Assembly: GCA_028864975.1 (NCBI GenBank)
Contig: JAGWLG010000041.1
Location: 1-27,664 of the forward strand
Origin: Thermoplasmata archaeon
GTDB lineage: Archaea > Thermoplasmatota > Thermoplasmata > Lutacidiplasmatales > UBA184
DNA: 27,664 nucleotides
Direction: 5' to 3'
Shown here: positions 1-8,781 of the stretch, one piece after another
Position numbering within the stretch: the first letter of the stretch is position 1
How the letters are laid out: each line of letters begins with the position of its first letter
Notes under the pieces: model-generated
What the model was told of the DNA's origin: nothing
Database searches by the model: none
The model's input: the letters and a program-made list of their open reading frames with translations, nothing else
Translations under genes and position numbers: made by a program

Positions 1-2032
1 TGATCATCACCGGGATGGCCTGGCTCCAGTTCCCGTTCGCGTCGAAGACCTCCACGGTGGCCGCGTAGGCCCCCGCGCTCGTGTAGGTGTAGGTGAGCGA
101 GGAGGACGTCCCCGTCCATTGCCCAAGGTAGAGCCCCGGGGAGAAGTCGTACTGGAACGGGGCCTTCCCTCCGGAGGTGACGCTCGCGGTGAGCTTCGTA
201 GTGAGCGGAGCCGCGCCGCTCGTGACCGACGCGCTCAGGGTGACCGTGATGGTCGAGGTGGGCATGTGATAGACCGCCAGCTTGGGCAGTAGAACGCTTC
301 CGATCGGGTCTCCCAGCCCGGTGCACGCGTCCCATCCCCGCGTCGCCGGATAGCCGTTGTTCCCGACGACGATGTCGTGGAAGCTCGAGTTGTAGGAGGA
401 GGAGCGGTAGATGGAGTAGAGGGAGGGTCCGATGAGTCCGAGCCCGCTCCCGTGGATCTGGTCGGCGACGGCGATGATGCCGGCCCACTGGGGCGTGGAA
501 GCGCTGGTCCCGTCCCACGAGTCCGCCGCCACGTCCGGGTCCCCCCGCAGGGTCTTGTCGGGGATGTTCCAGCCGTGCTGCCACCAGGGCTGCGGGAAGG
601 GGGCCCATCCTCCACCACCGCCGCCGGTGTTGGAGGAGCACATGGACCCGTTCCCATCCCACGCGGTGCCCCCGGTCCAGGCCGCCCCGCTCCCGTTCAG
701 CACCGTCCCACCGACCCCCACTACGTAGGGGTCGCTCGAGGGGTAGTCGGTCGACACCGTCGCCGTGGAGTCGGCGGCTCCGCAATCCCCGGCGGCGGCG
801 AAGGGAGTGATCCCCTCGGCCACGGCCTCCTGGAAGACCGGGTGGAGGAATGCATAGGAACCGTCCCACGTGGCATTGCAGCTGTAGTACGGTTGACAGG
901 GCGACCCAGGGGGCCCGGCCTGATACATCCAGCCGACGTCGGCCTCGCCCCACGACATCGAGATCGTGTCCGTCAGGTTGTAAGCCGCGAGGAAGTCCAC
1001 CGCCTGGTACACGCCGAACTCCACGTCGTGTCCGAAGGTCATGGCGATGGTGGCCCCTGGGGCCATCGCATCGACCATGGTGAGGTCGAGCTCGGTCTCT
1101 CCCCCCCACCCGGTCGAACTCCCGTTGAGGTTCGAGCCGTTCGCGTAGGGGTACAAGTAGTGGACCGTCGGGTTCGCGAGCCCGTTCGTGGACGCGAAGC
1201 TATTGACGTAGGAGGTGAGCGTGCTCGGGGTCGTGGAGGAGTCGTAGGCATCCACGATCGCCACGGTGGTGCCCGCCCCGTCGTCGCCCGCGTTCTCGAG
1301 CGAGGTCATGCCGTACTGTCCCCAGTGGTTGCAGACGTACTGTCCGCTAGTGCAGGTGACCCCGGGGACCGAGGAGTGGGCAGGGGAGGACGAGGACGAA
1401 CTCGAGCTCGCGGTCAGGGACGGCGGAAGCACCGGCCCCGTCGTCAACGGATACGGGCCTACAGCATCCGTGAAACCGGTGACCCCGGAGATGCCAAAGG
1501 AGGAGGGAACATGGACACCCGCCGAAGGCCCGAACACCGTGCGCCCATCGGAGAGCGCGTAGCGGTGGAAGTCCGTGTGAAAGGCCGACGCGACCGCGGT
1601 GGAAGGGCCCTCGAGCCCGAGCATCAGTCGGTCGGGGGTGGGTTCCAGGGTGAGCCCCTGGGCAGCGTAGAAGTGTTCCAATGCCCCGTAGCGCGACGCA
1701 GAGGGGGAGAACATCGATCGGTATTCGGAGGGGGTTACACGGTGGCCGAACTCGGGGGAACCGGGGGTGTACATCGAGCGGATCAACTGATCTGCGCCCG
1801 CAGAGTTCGGAGGCGCGAGCGCCACGCCCACGGTCATCGTGTGTGGAGCCATGGGCCCGAGGTCGGCGGCGGCTTGGAAGGTCTGAAGGAAGTCGGGAAG
1901 GATCTCTTGGAACTCTCCCGGAAGGGCCGTGATGGGCGCCCAGGGAAGCCCGGGGACGACCAGGGGCAGCACGGACAGGATCAGGGCGGTCGTCGCGGAA
2001 GCGGCGAAGAGCTGGCGGAAGAGACGCTTCAC
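1..2032 (-). CDS. Secreted S53 (sedolisin/kumamolisin-like) serine peptidase with signal peptide, pro-domain and C-terminal PKD domain; runs off the left edge
   Basis: Absent from the ORF track because it has no stop in the window. Hand-translated open frame from GTG 2032 (in-frame TAG at 2054-2056 upstream). Hydrophobic N-terminus (MKRLFRQLFAASATTALILSVLPLVV), pro-kumamolisin-like segment, catalytic motifs GGETELD (E 1097-1099, D 1085-1087), AAAGDCG (D 785-787) and DGTSAS (S 503-505). Ca-site-like FHDIVVGNNG..GWDACTGLG, then a PKD-like SVTSGAAPLT...YTYTSAGAYAATVEVFD. Confidence 0.92.
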   Translation of the reverse strand, partial: MKRLFRQLFAASATTALILSVLPLVVPGLPWAPITALPGEFQEILPDFLQTFQAAADLGPMAPHTMTVGVALAPPNSAGADQLIRSMYTPGSPEFGHRVTPSEYRSMFSPSASRYGALEHFYAAQGLTLEPTPDRLMLGLEGPSTAVASAFHTDFHRYALSDGRTVFGPSAGVHVPSSFGISGVTGFTDAVGPYPLTTGPVLPPSLTASSSSSSSSPAHSSVPGVTCTSGQYVCNHWGQYGMTSLENAGDDGAGTTVAIVDAYDSSTTPSTLTSYVNSFASTNGLANPTVHYLYPYANGSNLNGSSTGWGGETELDLTMVDAMAPGATIAMTFGHDVEFGVYQAVDFLAAYNLTDTISMSWGEADVGWMYQAGPPGSPCQPYYSCNATWDGSYAFLHPVFQEAVAEGITPFAAAGDCGAADSTATVSTDYPSSDPYVVGVGGTVLNGSGAAWTGGTAWDGNGSMCSSNTGGGGGGWAPFPQPWWQHGWNIPDKTLRGDPDVAADSWDGTSASTPQWAGIIAVADQIHGSGLGLIGPSLYSIYRSSSYNSSFHDIVVGNNGYPATRGWDACTGLGDPIGSVLLPKLAVYHMPTSTITVTLSASVTSGAAPLTTKLTASVTSGGKAPFQYDFSPGLYLGQWTGTSSSLTYTYTSAGAYAATVEVFDANGNWSQAIPVMI

Positions 2033-2239
2033 GGGCCAACGAATTTTTCCGTGCTATATGAGCGCACGGTCGGACGGCTCGCTGTTGCCGTGCGGGGGGG
2101 TCGTTCGGCGCCCAGTGCGGGGGCTGGGGGGGAACCGCCAGCGAGCTCGCGGTCTTGACGTGCCGCACTTCGCGAGCCCCACGGGTCCGTCAAGGCGTCC
2201 CGCACGCTCCCCGCGATGGAGCCCAGCTTCCCGTCGGTC

Positions 2240-3967
2240 TCAGTACATCGCACGCTCGCGGTAGGGTCCGTAGACCTCCTGGAGCGCGACGACGATCTCT
2301 CCGAGCGTGGCCTTGGCCTTCACGGCTTCTAGGATGGGCGGCATCGTGTTCTCCCGTTCCGTCGCGGCCACCCTCTTGAGGCGTTCCAGCGCCGTCGCGA
2401 ACTTCTTCGCGTCTCGGCTCGAGCGAAGCCGCTTGAGCCTCCTCGACTGGGCCTCGCGGGCCTCTTCGGTGATCCGCAGCGGGGGGACGGAGAGCGATCC
2501 TTCGACCGTGTAGGCGTTGACCCCCACGACCTTGCGCTCGCCGCTCTCCACCTGCCGCTGGAACTTGAACGAGGCCTCCTGGATCTCCCGCTGGAAGAAC
2601 CCGCGTTCGATCCCCGCAACGACTCCGCCCATGGAGTCGATCTGGTCGAAGTACCGGTTCGCTTCCTCCTCCATCCGGTCGGTCAACCACTCGACGTAGT
2701 ACGAGCCGCCGAACGGGTCGATCCAGTCGGTGACCCCGCTCTCCTCCGCGATGATCTGCTGGGTGCGCAGGGCGATGCGCACCGCGTCCTCCGTCGGCAG
2801 CTGGATCGCCTCGTCGTAGCTGTTCGTATGGAGGGACTGGGTCCCACCGAGGACCCCGGCGAGGGCCTGGACCGTGGTCCGGACGATGTTCAGCTCGGGT
2901 TGCTGGGCGGTGCAGGAGCACCCCGCCGTCTGGGTGTGGAAACGCATCCACCAGGAACGCTCCTTCTTCGCGCCGTACCGCTCGCGCATCCGGGTCGCCC
3001 AGATCCTTCGAGCCGCGCGGAACTTCGCGATCTCCTCGAAAAAGTCGTTGTGGCTGTTGAAGAAGAAAGAGACCCGGGGGGCGAAGTCGTCGATGGCGAT
3101 GCCCCGCGCGATCGCCTCCTCGACGTAGGCGAACCCGTCGGCGAGCGTGAACGCGAGCTCCTGGACGGCCGTCGAACCGGCTTCTCGGATGTGGTAGCCC
3201 GACACCGAGATGGGGTTCCATCGAGGGAGATGCTCCGTCGCGAACTCGACGGTGTCGGTGACGAGCCGCAATGCGGGACGCGGCGGGAAGAGGAACTCCT
3301 TCTGCGCGATGTACTCCTTCAGGATGTCGTTCTGCGTCGTGCCGCCCAACGCGGCCATCGAGGTCCCGTGCGCCTCGGCGGTGGCGATGTACATCGCCCA
3401 GATGATCGAGGCGGGGGCGTTGATGGTCATCGAGGTCGTGACGTCGGCGAGCGGGATCCCCTTGAGCAGACGGACCATGTCCTCGAGAGAGGAGACGTTC
3501 ACCCCGCACTTGCCCACCTCGCCCCGGGCCTCCCGATGGTCCGCGTCGATCCCGTAGAGGGTGGGGTCGTCGAACGCGATGGAGAGCCCGCTCTCGCCGT
3601 GCTTCAGGAGGTAGTGGAACCGCCGGTTCGTGTCCTCCGGGGTGCCGAACCCCGAGAACATCCGCATCGACCAGACCCGTCCCTTGTACATCGTGGCGTG
3701 CACCCCACGGGTGTACGGGTACTGTCCGGGGAAGCCCACACGGCCGAAGTCCCGACGCGAGTTGAGGGGGGTGTAGAGGCGGTCGATCGGGACCCACGAG
3801 AGGTTCTCGAAGCGGTCCTTGCGTTCGGGCCCCTTCTGGAGGGCCGGTCGCAGCGTCTCCTCTTCCCACGCCCTCTGGGCTTGGGCGACCCCCTCCAGCT
3901 CTGGTGGGACGGACCCCCCGCGCTCGGTCGGGGGCATCGGAGGGGCCGAGGCCTTGGTGCCCGCCAT
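2240..3967 (-). CDS. Adenosylcobalamin-dependent acyl-CoA mutase large (substrate-binding) subunit, methylmalonyl-CoA mutase family, with isobutyryl-CoA-mutase-type specificity residues; no B12-binding domain
   Basis: Family motifs [63 protein letters not shown]. Start moved from the 4381 ORF start to ATG 3967 (alternative ATG 3937), about 575 aa, the usual size for a split archaeal large subunit. Confidence 0.93.
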   Translation of the reverse strand: MAGTKASAPPMPPTERGGSVPPELEGVAQAQRAWEEETLRPALQKGPERKDRFENLSWVPIDRLYTPLNSRRDFGRVGFPGQYPYTRGVHATMYKGRVWSMRMFSGFGTPEDTNRRFHYLLKHGESGLSIAFDDPTLYGIDADHREARGEVGKCGVNVSSLEDMVRLLKGIPLADVTTSMTINAPASIIWAMYIATAEAHGTSMAALGGTTQNDILKEYIAQKEFLFPPRPALRLVTDTVEFATEHLPRWNPISVSGYHIREAGSTAVQELAFTLADGFAYVEEAIARGIAIDDFAPRVSFFFNSHNDFFEEIAKFRAARRIWATRMRERYGAKKERSWWMRFHTQTAGCSCTAQQPELNIVRTTVQALAGVLGGTQSLHTNSYDEAIQLPTEDAVRIALRTQQIIAEESGVTDWIDPFGGSYYVEWLTDRMEEEANRYFDQIDSMGGVVAGIERGFFQREIQEASFKFQRQVESGERKVVGVNAYTVEGSLSVPPLRITEEAREAQSRRLKRLRSSRDAKKFATALERLKRVAATERENTMPPILEAVKAKATLGEIVVALQEVYGPYRERAMY

Positions 3968-4105
3968 CGAAGAGGAGAGCGGCGGCCCAGCCAAAAAGAT
4001 GCTGTCGCCCCGTGGCGAGACGTCAACGCGTACCTCATGCGCGCCAGAGGTTTCCAGCGCCCAGGGCTGCCTGAGGTCAGCGCCGGGAGCCGGGGGGGTG
4101 CTTCG

Positions 4106-4684
4106 GTGATCGGATCGAAAAGGAGCACGGCCCTCCTCGTGATGGACGTGCAGGTCGGGATCGTCGACCGCTTCGGGGAGGAGGGCCGGCTCACCCCGCT
4201 CGCGCGGGCGCTCGAGGCCGCCCGGGGAGCGGGAATCCTGGTCGTGTTCGTCCGGGTGGCGTTTCGACCCGGTCACCCTGAAGTAAGCTCGTCGAACAGG
4301 GCGTTCTCCGCCCTTCGAGCCTCCCAGGGATTCGAGGAAACGGACCCCCGGACCCAGGTCCACCCCTCCGTGACGCCACACCCGGGGGAGAGCATCGTCA
4401 CGAAGCGTCGCGTGAGCGCCTTCTCCGGAAGCGACCTCGAGGTGCTCCTACGGTCGGCGGGGATTGAGACCCTGGTCCTCACTGGGATCGCGACAAGTGG
4501 TGTGGTCCTTTCGACGCTCCGGGAGGCGGCCGACAAGGACTACCATCTCGTCGTCCTCTCTGACGCCTGCCTCGACCAGGACGCCGAGGTCCATCGCGTG
4601 CTGGTGGAGAAGGTCTTCCCCCGGCAAGCGGAAGTGCTCCGCGTGGATGACTGGGTGGGGCGGCTCACGCCCCAACGGTCGTGA
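4106..4684 (+). CDS. Isochorismatase/cysteine-hydrolase family protein (catalytic Cys position occupied by Val)
   Basis: C-terminal part of ORF 2828..4684. GTG 4106 is preceded by GGGGGTG (SD-like). Motifs [44 protein letters not shown]; 192 aa. Confidence 0.88.
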   Translation: MIGSKRSTALLVMDVQVGIVDRFGEEGRLTPLARALEAARGAGILVVFVRVAFRPGHPEVSSSNRAFSALRASQGFEETDPRTQVHPSVTPHPGESIVTKRRVSAFSGSDLEVLLRSAGIETLVLTGIATSGVVLSTLREAADKDYHLVVLSDACLDQDAEVHRVLVEKVFPRQAEVLRVDDWVGRLTPQRS

Positions 4685-4726
4685 TCCTCGAAGCTCGGGC
4701 GCAGCGCCGGCCCATCGGGGGGCCCC

Positions 4727-5410
4727 TCATCGCGTCCAGCGTGCCCCGTCGATCACCCACGTCGACGAGCTCCCATGGGCCTCCACGTGGCTCGAGAGGA
4801 TCGAGACCCGCCCGCGGAAGAAGGGAGCTCCGACGACGAAGGTCTCGAACTCGCCCCCCTCCCCGGCGACGTTGAACTCCCGGACCTTCTTCGAGCGCTC
4901 CTCGAGGGTCTCCAGCACCTTCTCGTCCAATCTCTGCCCCAGCAGCTCAGCGCTCAAGGCCTCCGTGGCGACGTGGGAGATGCGGATATCGAGTCCGCTC
5001 CCGATCTCTTCCTGGACCACCCTTCGAGGGTCCACCCGCCATAGGGGGGAGAAGACCTCCACCCCCACGTCGTAGGCGACGCGGTGGATCCGCGACCACT
5101 GGTACGAGGACGCCACCGCTCCCACGCTCACCCCCTTCAGCCCCCGGTGCTTGACCCCCTCGAGCGCGGTCTCCAACGCCTCGAGCTCGGCCTCCTCTCC
5201 CTTCCCTTCGACCGGAACGCGGTGATGCTTCTTCTTCCAGGCCTGCGCGAGGAGGGGGACCCACCGGAGGTTCGGGGTGTGGAACATCCAGGCGTCCGGT
5301 TCCGAGGGCTCGAGGGTGATCAGCTCCTCCGCCGTCCAGCCCCAGTTCTCGAGGAGGGATGCCGCATGCAGGGAATCCTTGCCCCCGGAGACCAGGGCTG
5401 CGAACTTCAC
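4727..5410 (-). CDS. dph6: Diphthine-ammonia ligase (Dph6)-family PP-loop ATP pyrophosphatase
   Basis: SGGKDS PP-loop, WMFHTPN, PLWRVD, AGEGGEFETFVVGAPFF. GTG 5410 overlaps the purL stop (GTGA); 227 aa. Confidence 0.88.
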   Translation of the reverse strand: MKFAALVSGGKDSLHAASLLENWGWTAEELITLEPSEPDAWMFHTPNLRWVPLLAQAWKKKHHRVPVEGKGEEAELEALETALEGVKHRGLKGVSVGAVASSYQWSRIHRVAYDVGVEVFSPLWRVDPRRVVQEEIGSGLDIRISHVATEALSAELLGQRLDEKVLETLEERSKKVREFNVAGEGGEFETFVVGAPFFRGRVSILSSHVEAHGSSSTWVIDGARWTR

Positions 5411-7833
5411 TTCCGCCTCTTCGAGCGAGAGGTGCGAGAGCCGTCCATGTCCCGCGGCTCGAGCCCCTCCCGCCACCGGGGGTAGAGCTCCGACAGCGGA
5501 AGCGAAGCGAGGACCCGGTCTCCCGTCCGGAGCGTCCCGCGCCCCTGCGCCGTTTGCCCGAGCCGCAGGCACGGGAGCCCCGAGAGGGCGTGCTCCACCG
5601 ATGGAGCGTCGTCCTTCGAGACCTCGATGACCCACCGGGACCCTCCCTCCGCGACGAGCAGCTGCCAGGGCTCAAGTCCCGGTACCGAGGGCAACCGAAC
5701 GTCGAACCCGAGCCTTCCCCCGAAGGCCATCTCAGGGAGGGCCACCGCGAGCCCCCCCTCGGAGACATCGTGGCAGGCTCGAAGCCTTCCCTCTTGCCCG
5801 AGGGCGAGCAGCTTCTCCCCCAGCGTTCGCGTCATCGCCCCATCGTACGGGGCGGTCCGCGTCGCATGCCCTCCAAAGACCCGGAGGTAGAGCGAGCCGG
5901 CAAGGCCAGGGTGCGTAGGCCCGACCAAGTAGAGAAGGTCCCCCGCCTGTTTGAGGTCGGAACTGATCCGCCGTCGCACGTCCGGTAGGATCCCGGTGGC
6001 CATGACCACGGGCGTGGGGGGGATCGCCGCCCCCAAGCCTCCGTTATAGAAGCTCACGTTGCCGGAGGGGACCGCCATCCCAAGGTCGCGGGCCGCTTCG
6101 GCCATCCCCGCGACCACGGCGTTGAACTCCCCGAGCACGCGAGGGTCCTCGGGGTTCCCGAAGTTGAGACAGTTCGTGAACGCGTCCGGTCGCGCGCCGA
6201 CCGCGTAGAGGTTCCGTGCCGCCTCCTCCACGACCCCCTGCCCTCCTCGCCGGGGGTCCGCCGCGCACAGGAACGGTTGGCTCCCGACCGAGACCGCGAG
6301 CCCGAGGTACCCGGGAGGATCGACCTGGAGCACGGCCGCGTCGGCGTGCGTGGGCGAACGGAGGTCCCCGACGAGGGGCTTCCCGACGGTCCTTCCCTGC
6401 ACCTCATGGTCGTAGACCCGGATCACCGGTTCCCGGCTGACCGAGTCCTGGTGGAGCAGGAGCTTCTCGACGACCTCGGCGACCTTTCGGCCGAAGGGAG
6501 GTGTGGGCTCTGGCCCCGGAGGGGGAGGTGCGGCGACCGAGCGGGCGACGGGAGGCGGGTCGACGCGGAAGTCCAGGTCCAGTTCTGCGACCTGGGCATC
6601 CTGGAAGAAGAGCCGCTCCCGGTTTCCCTCCACGGAGGCGCCCACGACCGTCGCGGGCACGTCGTGGCGCGCGAAGATCGCAAGGAGCGCGCTGACCTTC
6701 GACGGCTCCACCGCCATGAGCATCCGCTCCTGGCTCTCGGAGATCCAGATCTCCCAGGGCGACATCCCGGGTTCCCGGAGCGGGACACGGTCGAGATGAA
6801 GCTCGGAGCCGAAGCCGCCCGCATGCACCAGCTCGCCGGAGGCCGACGCGAGCCCGCCACCTCCCAGGTCCTTCATCCCTGCGATGAGCCCGGCCTCCAC
6901 GCCCTCGAGGACGGCGTGGATGAGCGGTTCCTTCATGATCGCGTTACCCAGCTGGACCGCGCCCCGGTCCTCCCGTTCGCTATTCTCGGAGAGCTCTCGG
7001 GAGGCAAAGGCGACCCCTCCGAGTCCGTCCTTCCCGGTGAGTCCCCCCGCAAGCACGAGCGCCTGCCCGGGGGCCGTCGCGCGGTTCGGGACCAGATGCC
7101 GTCGTGGAAGGATCCCCACACACGCCACGTTCACGAGCGGATTGACCCGGTAAGCGGGGTCGAACGTGATCGAACCCGCGATGGTCGGAACCCCCACGCG
7201 GTTCCCGTAGTCGCGGATGCCGGCGACGACGTTAGAGTAGAGGTAGCGAGGGTGCTTGACCCCCGGCGGGAGCTCGGGGAGCGGGAGGTCGAGCGGGCCA
7301 AAGAAGAGCGGGTCGGCGAGCGCCACGGGTTTCGCCCCCATGGCCAGGACGTCCCGGAGGATCCCTCCGATCCCCGTGGCCGCCCCCCCGTAGGGCTCGA
7401 CGGCGCTCGGATGGTTGTGCGACTCGATCCGGATCGCGTAGGCCAGCTCGGAAGAGAGCGCCATCACCCCGGCGTCCCCCTTCGCAAGAACGCGGGGGTC
7501 GGGAGGGAGCGAGCCGAAGTGCTTCGAAAGGAACGGTCGGGAGGACTTGTACGAGCAATGCTCGCTCCACGATTGGGCGATCCCCGCGATCTCCACCTGC
7601 GTCGGGTCGCGACCGAGCTGCTCGAAATGGTCCTGCAACCGGGATAGCTCGAACGGTGAGAAGCCGAGCGACAGCGCCGCACTCTGCTTCTGCAGCTCCC
7701 GAGCGCTCAGCCCCCGAAGCCGAACGAACGGACCGGAGAGACCTCCCCTCTTCCCCCCGAACGTGGGGCCCCCGCTTGGCTTGCCCCGGCTCCGGGGGGC
7801 ACCCTTAGCGACGGCCACCCTCGGAGACCCCAT
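5407..7833 (-). CDS. purL: Phosphoribosylformylglycinamidine synthase subunit PurL (small-type)
   Basis: SWSEHCSYKSS, ESHNHPSAVEPYGGAATGIGG, DLGGGG, SESQERM, NCLNFGNP, SGNVSFYN, HDVSEGG. Start taken as ATG 7833 (alternative GTG 7818); about 808 aa. Confidence 0.96.
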   Translation of the reverse strand: MGSPRVAVAKGAPRSRGKPSGGPTFGGKRGGLSGPFVRLRGLSARELQKQSAALSLGFSPFELSRLQDHFEQLGRDPTQVEIAGIAQSWSEHCSYKSSRPFLSKHFGSLPPDPRVLAKGDAGVMALSSELAYAIRIESHNHPSAVEPYGGAATGIGGILRDVLAMGAKPVALADPLFFGPLDLPLPELPPGVKHPRYLYSNVVAGIRDYGNRVGVPTIAGSITFDPAYRVNPLVNVACVGILPRRHLVPNRATAPGQALVLAGGLTGKDGLGGVAFASRELSENSEREDRGAVQLGNAIMKEPLIHAVLEGVEAGLIAGMKDLGGGGLASASGELVHAGGFGSELHLDRVPLREPGMSPWEIWISESQERMLMAVEPSKVSALLAIFARHDVPATVVGASVEGNRERLFFQDAQVAELDLDFRVDPPPVARSVAAPPPPGPEPTPPFGRKVAEVVEKLLLHQDSVSREPVIRVYDHEVQGRTVGKPLVGDLRSPTHADAAVLQVDPPGYLGLAVSVGSQPFLCAADPRRGGQGVVEEAARNLYAVGARPDAFTNCLNFGNPEDPRVLGEFNAVVAGMAEAARDLGMAVPSGNVSFYNGGLGAAIPPTPVVMATGILPDVRRRISSDLKQAGDLLYLVGPTHPGLAGSLYLRVFGGHATRTAPYDGAMTRTLGEKLLALGQEGRLRACHDVSEGGLAVALPEMAFGGRLGFDVRLPSVPGLEPWQLLVAEGGSRWVIEVSKDDAPSVEHALSGLPCLRLGQTAQGRGTLRTGDRVLASLPLSELYPRWREGLEPRDMDGSRTSRSKRRK

Positions 7834-8044
7834 GGATGTCCACCCGGTGGATGACAGGGTTCGCGAGGAGCCGCTCGACGGCCATTTCGGCCCGTCGCCG
7901 CGCCTCCTGGGCATCGGCGTGGGAGAACTCTAGGGTATAGAGGCGGGCGACCCCCACCCGCACGACCCCCTTGAGACCCAGCAGATCGAGAGCTTTCTTC
8001 ACGGCCTCGGCTTCGGCATCCATCACCCCGGGCTTCAGCTCCAC
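7805..8044 (-). CDS. purS: Phosphoribosylformylglycinamidine synthase subunit PurS (true start may lie upstream at 8080)
   Basis: ELKPGVMDAEAEAVKKAL...LLANPVIH is the PurS signature, and the gene lies directly upstream of purL. The start is uncertain (see findings). Confidence 0.92.
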   Translation of the reverse strand: MELKPGVMDAEAEAVKKALDLLGLKGVVRVGVARLYTLEFSHADAQEARRRAEMAVERLLANPVIHRVDIHGVSEGGRR

Positions 8045-8129
8045 CCGGACCTCGACGCGGTGGGTGCGATCCGACGCCGTTCGGGCCGACCTCCTCTCCG
8101 CCGTTCCTTTCCCCCCGGACGCGCCCGAA

Positions 8130-8182
8130 CTCGCGGAAGGATTATAACCGCGAGGGCCCGAATTGCGCGAAAAGCTTAATTG
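8130..8182. promoter_or_regulatory. Divergent promoter region: self-complementary TTATAA (8142-8147) flanked by a 7-bp inverted repeat, and a BRE/TATA-like GAAAAG-CTTAAT (8169-8180) on the + strand
   Basis: These are the only AT-rich patches in a GC-rich intergenic gap between purS (-) and the small ORF (+), at plausible distance from both starts. Sequence pattern only. Confidence 0.6.
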
Positions 8183-8224
8183 GACCTTTTTGTCCCCACC
8201 TCGCCTTCGGGAGGGTTCTCGTCA

Positions 8225-8398
8225 GTGGAGGAACTCATTCTCTCCGTGGAGTTTCTGCGCAGCAAGCAGAAGGTCGTCGCCCGGGTGGCCAGCGAAGCTG
8301 GAGGGGTCCGTGAGTACACGGGCGCTCTTCCGCTCGAGGTCATCGAGATGGTGGTGGACGACCTCCGTGAAGAGTTCGAGTCCGCACCGCCGAGCTAG
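8225..8398 (+). CDS. Small hypothetical protein (57 aa)
   Basis: ORF 8180..8398 restarted at GTG 8225, because TTG 8180 overlaps the TATA-like element and GGGAGGG (8209-8215) precedes 8225. Amphipathic beta/alpha pattern with an acidic C-terminal helix (EMVVDDLREEFE). Confidence 0.7.
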   Translation: MEELILSVEFLRSKQKVVARVASEAGGVREYTGALPLEVIEMVVDDLREEFESAPPS

Positions 8399-8436
8399 TC
8401 GATCGAAGGATGTCTCGGGCCAGGGGCACAGGAGGC

Positions 8437-8781
8437 ATGCCGAAGTCCGGCGGGGGGAACCCGCCCGTTAGCGCCGCTGTCGAGGGAGCTTTTACGAAGG
8501 TCTGGGGCGAGGATTCCGTCGTCGCCCTCGTGGCCCTGAAGGTGGAGACCAGCGAGGCCGACCACGTTGCCAGCGAGGCGGCGAAGTTCCCCGAGGTGGA
8601 GGACGTCTTCCTCGTGACGGGGGACACCGACATCATGCTCAAGGTCCGCTTCGTGAACTACCACGAGCTGAAGGAGTTCGTGATCCACCGGCTCCCCGAT
8701 GTGAAGGGGATCCGCGAGTCGAAGACGCTCCTCGTGGTCACGGCCTACAAGGAAGCCGGCGAGCGGAAGGGGGGCCCATGA
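8437..8781 (+). CDS. Stand-alone Lrp/AsnC ligand-binding (RAM) domain protein, no HTH
   Basis: ALVALKVE...FPEVEDVFLVTGDTDIMLKVRFVNYHELKEFV..L..VKGIRESKTLLV is a RAM-domain pattern. ATG 8437 follows GGAGG (alternative ATG 8410). Confidence 0.88.
   Translation: MPKSGGGNPPVSAAVEGAFTKVWGEDSVVALVALKVETSEADHVASEAAKFPEVEDVFLVTGDTDIMLKVRFVNYHELKEFVIHRLPDVKGIRESKTLLVVTAYKEAGERKGGP

Noticed and set aside
377-2158. 593-aa + strand ORF opposite the S53 gene
   Set aside because: Antisense shadow: Arg/Gly/Val-rich with no motifs, while the - strand frame has a full set of S53 motifs.
2828-4105. Apparent 426-aa N-terminal extension fusing onto the isochorismatase ORF, and the 3968-4381 extension of the mutase ORF
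   Set aside because: These are open frames antisense to each other's real genes, an expected artefact of high GC. SD and motif positions support the shorter starts.
3968-4105. Possible cobalamin riboswitch upstream of the B12-dependent mutase
   Set aside because: No B12-box or conserved core (e.g. GGGAA...GCCACTG) is recognisable on the - strand, and the gap is short.
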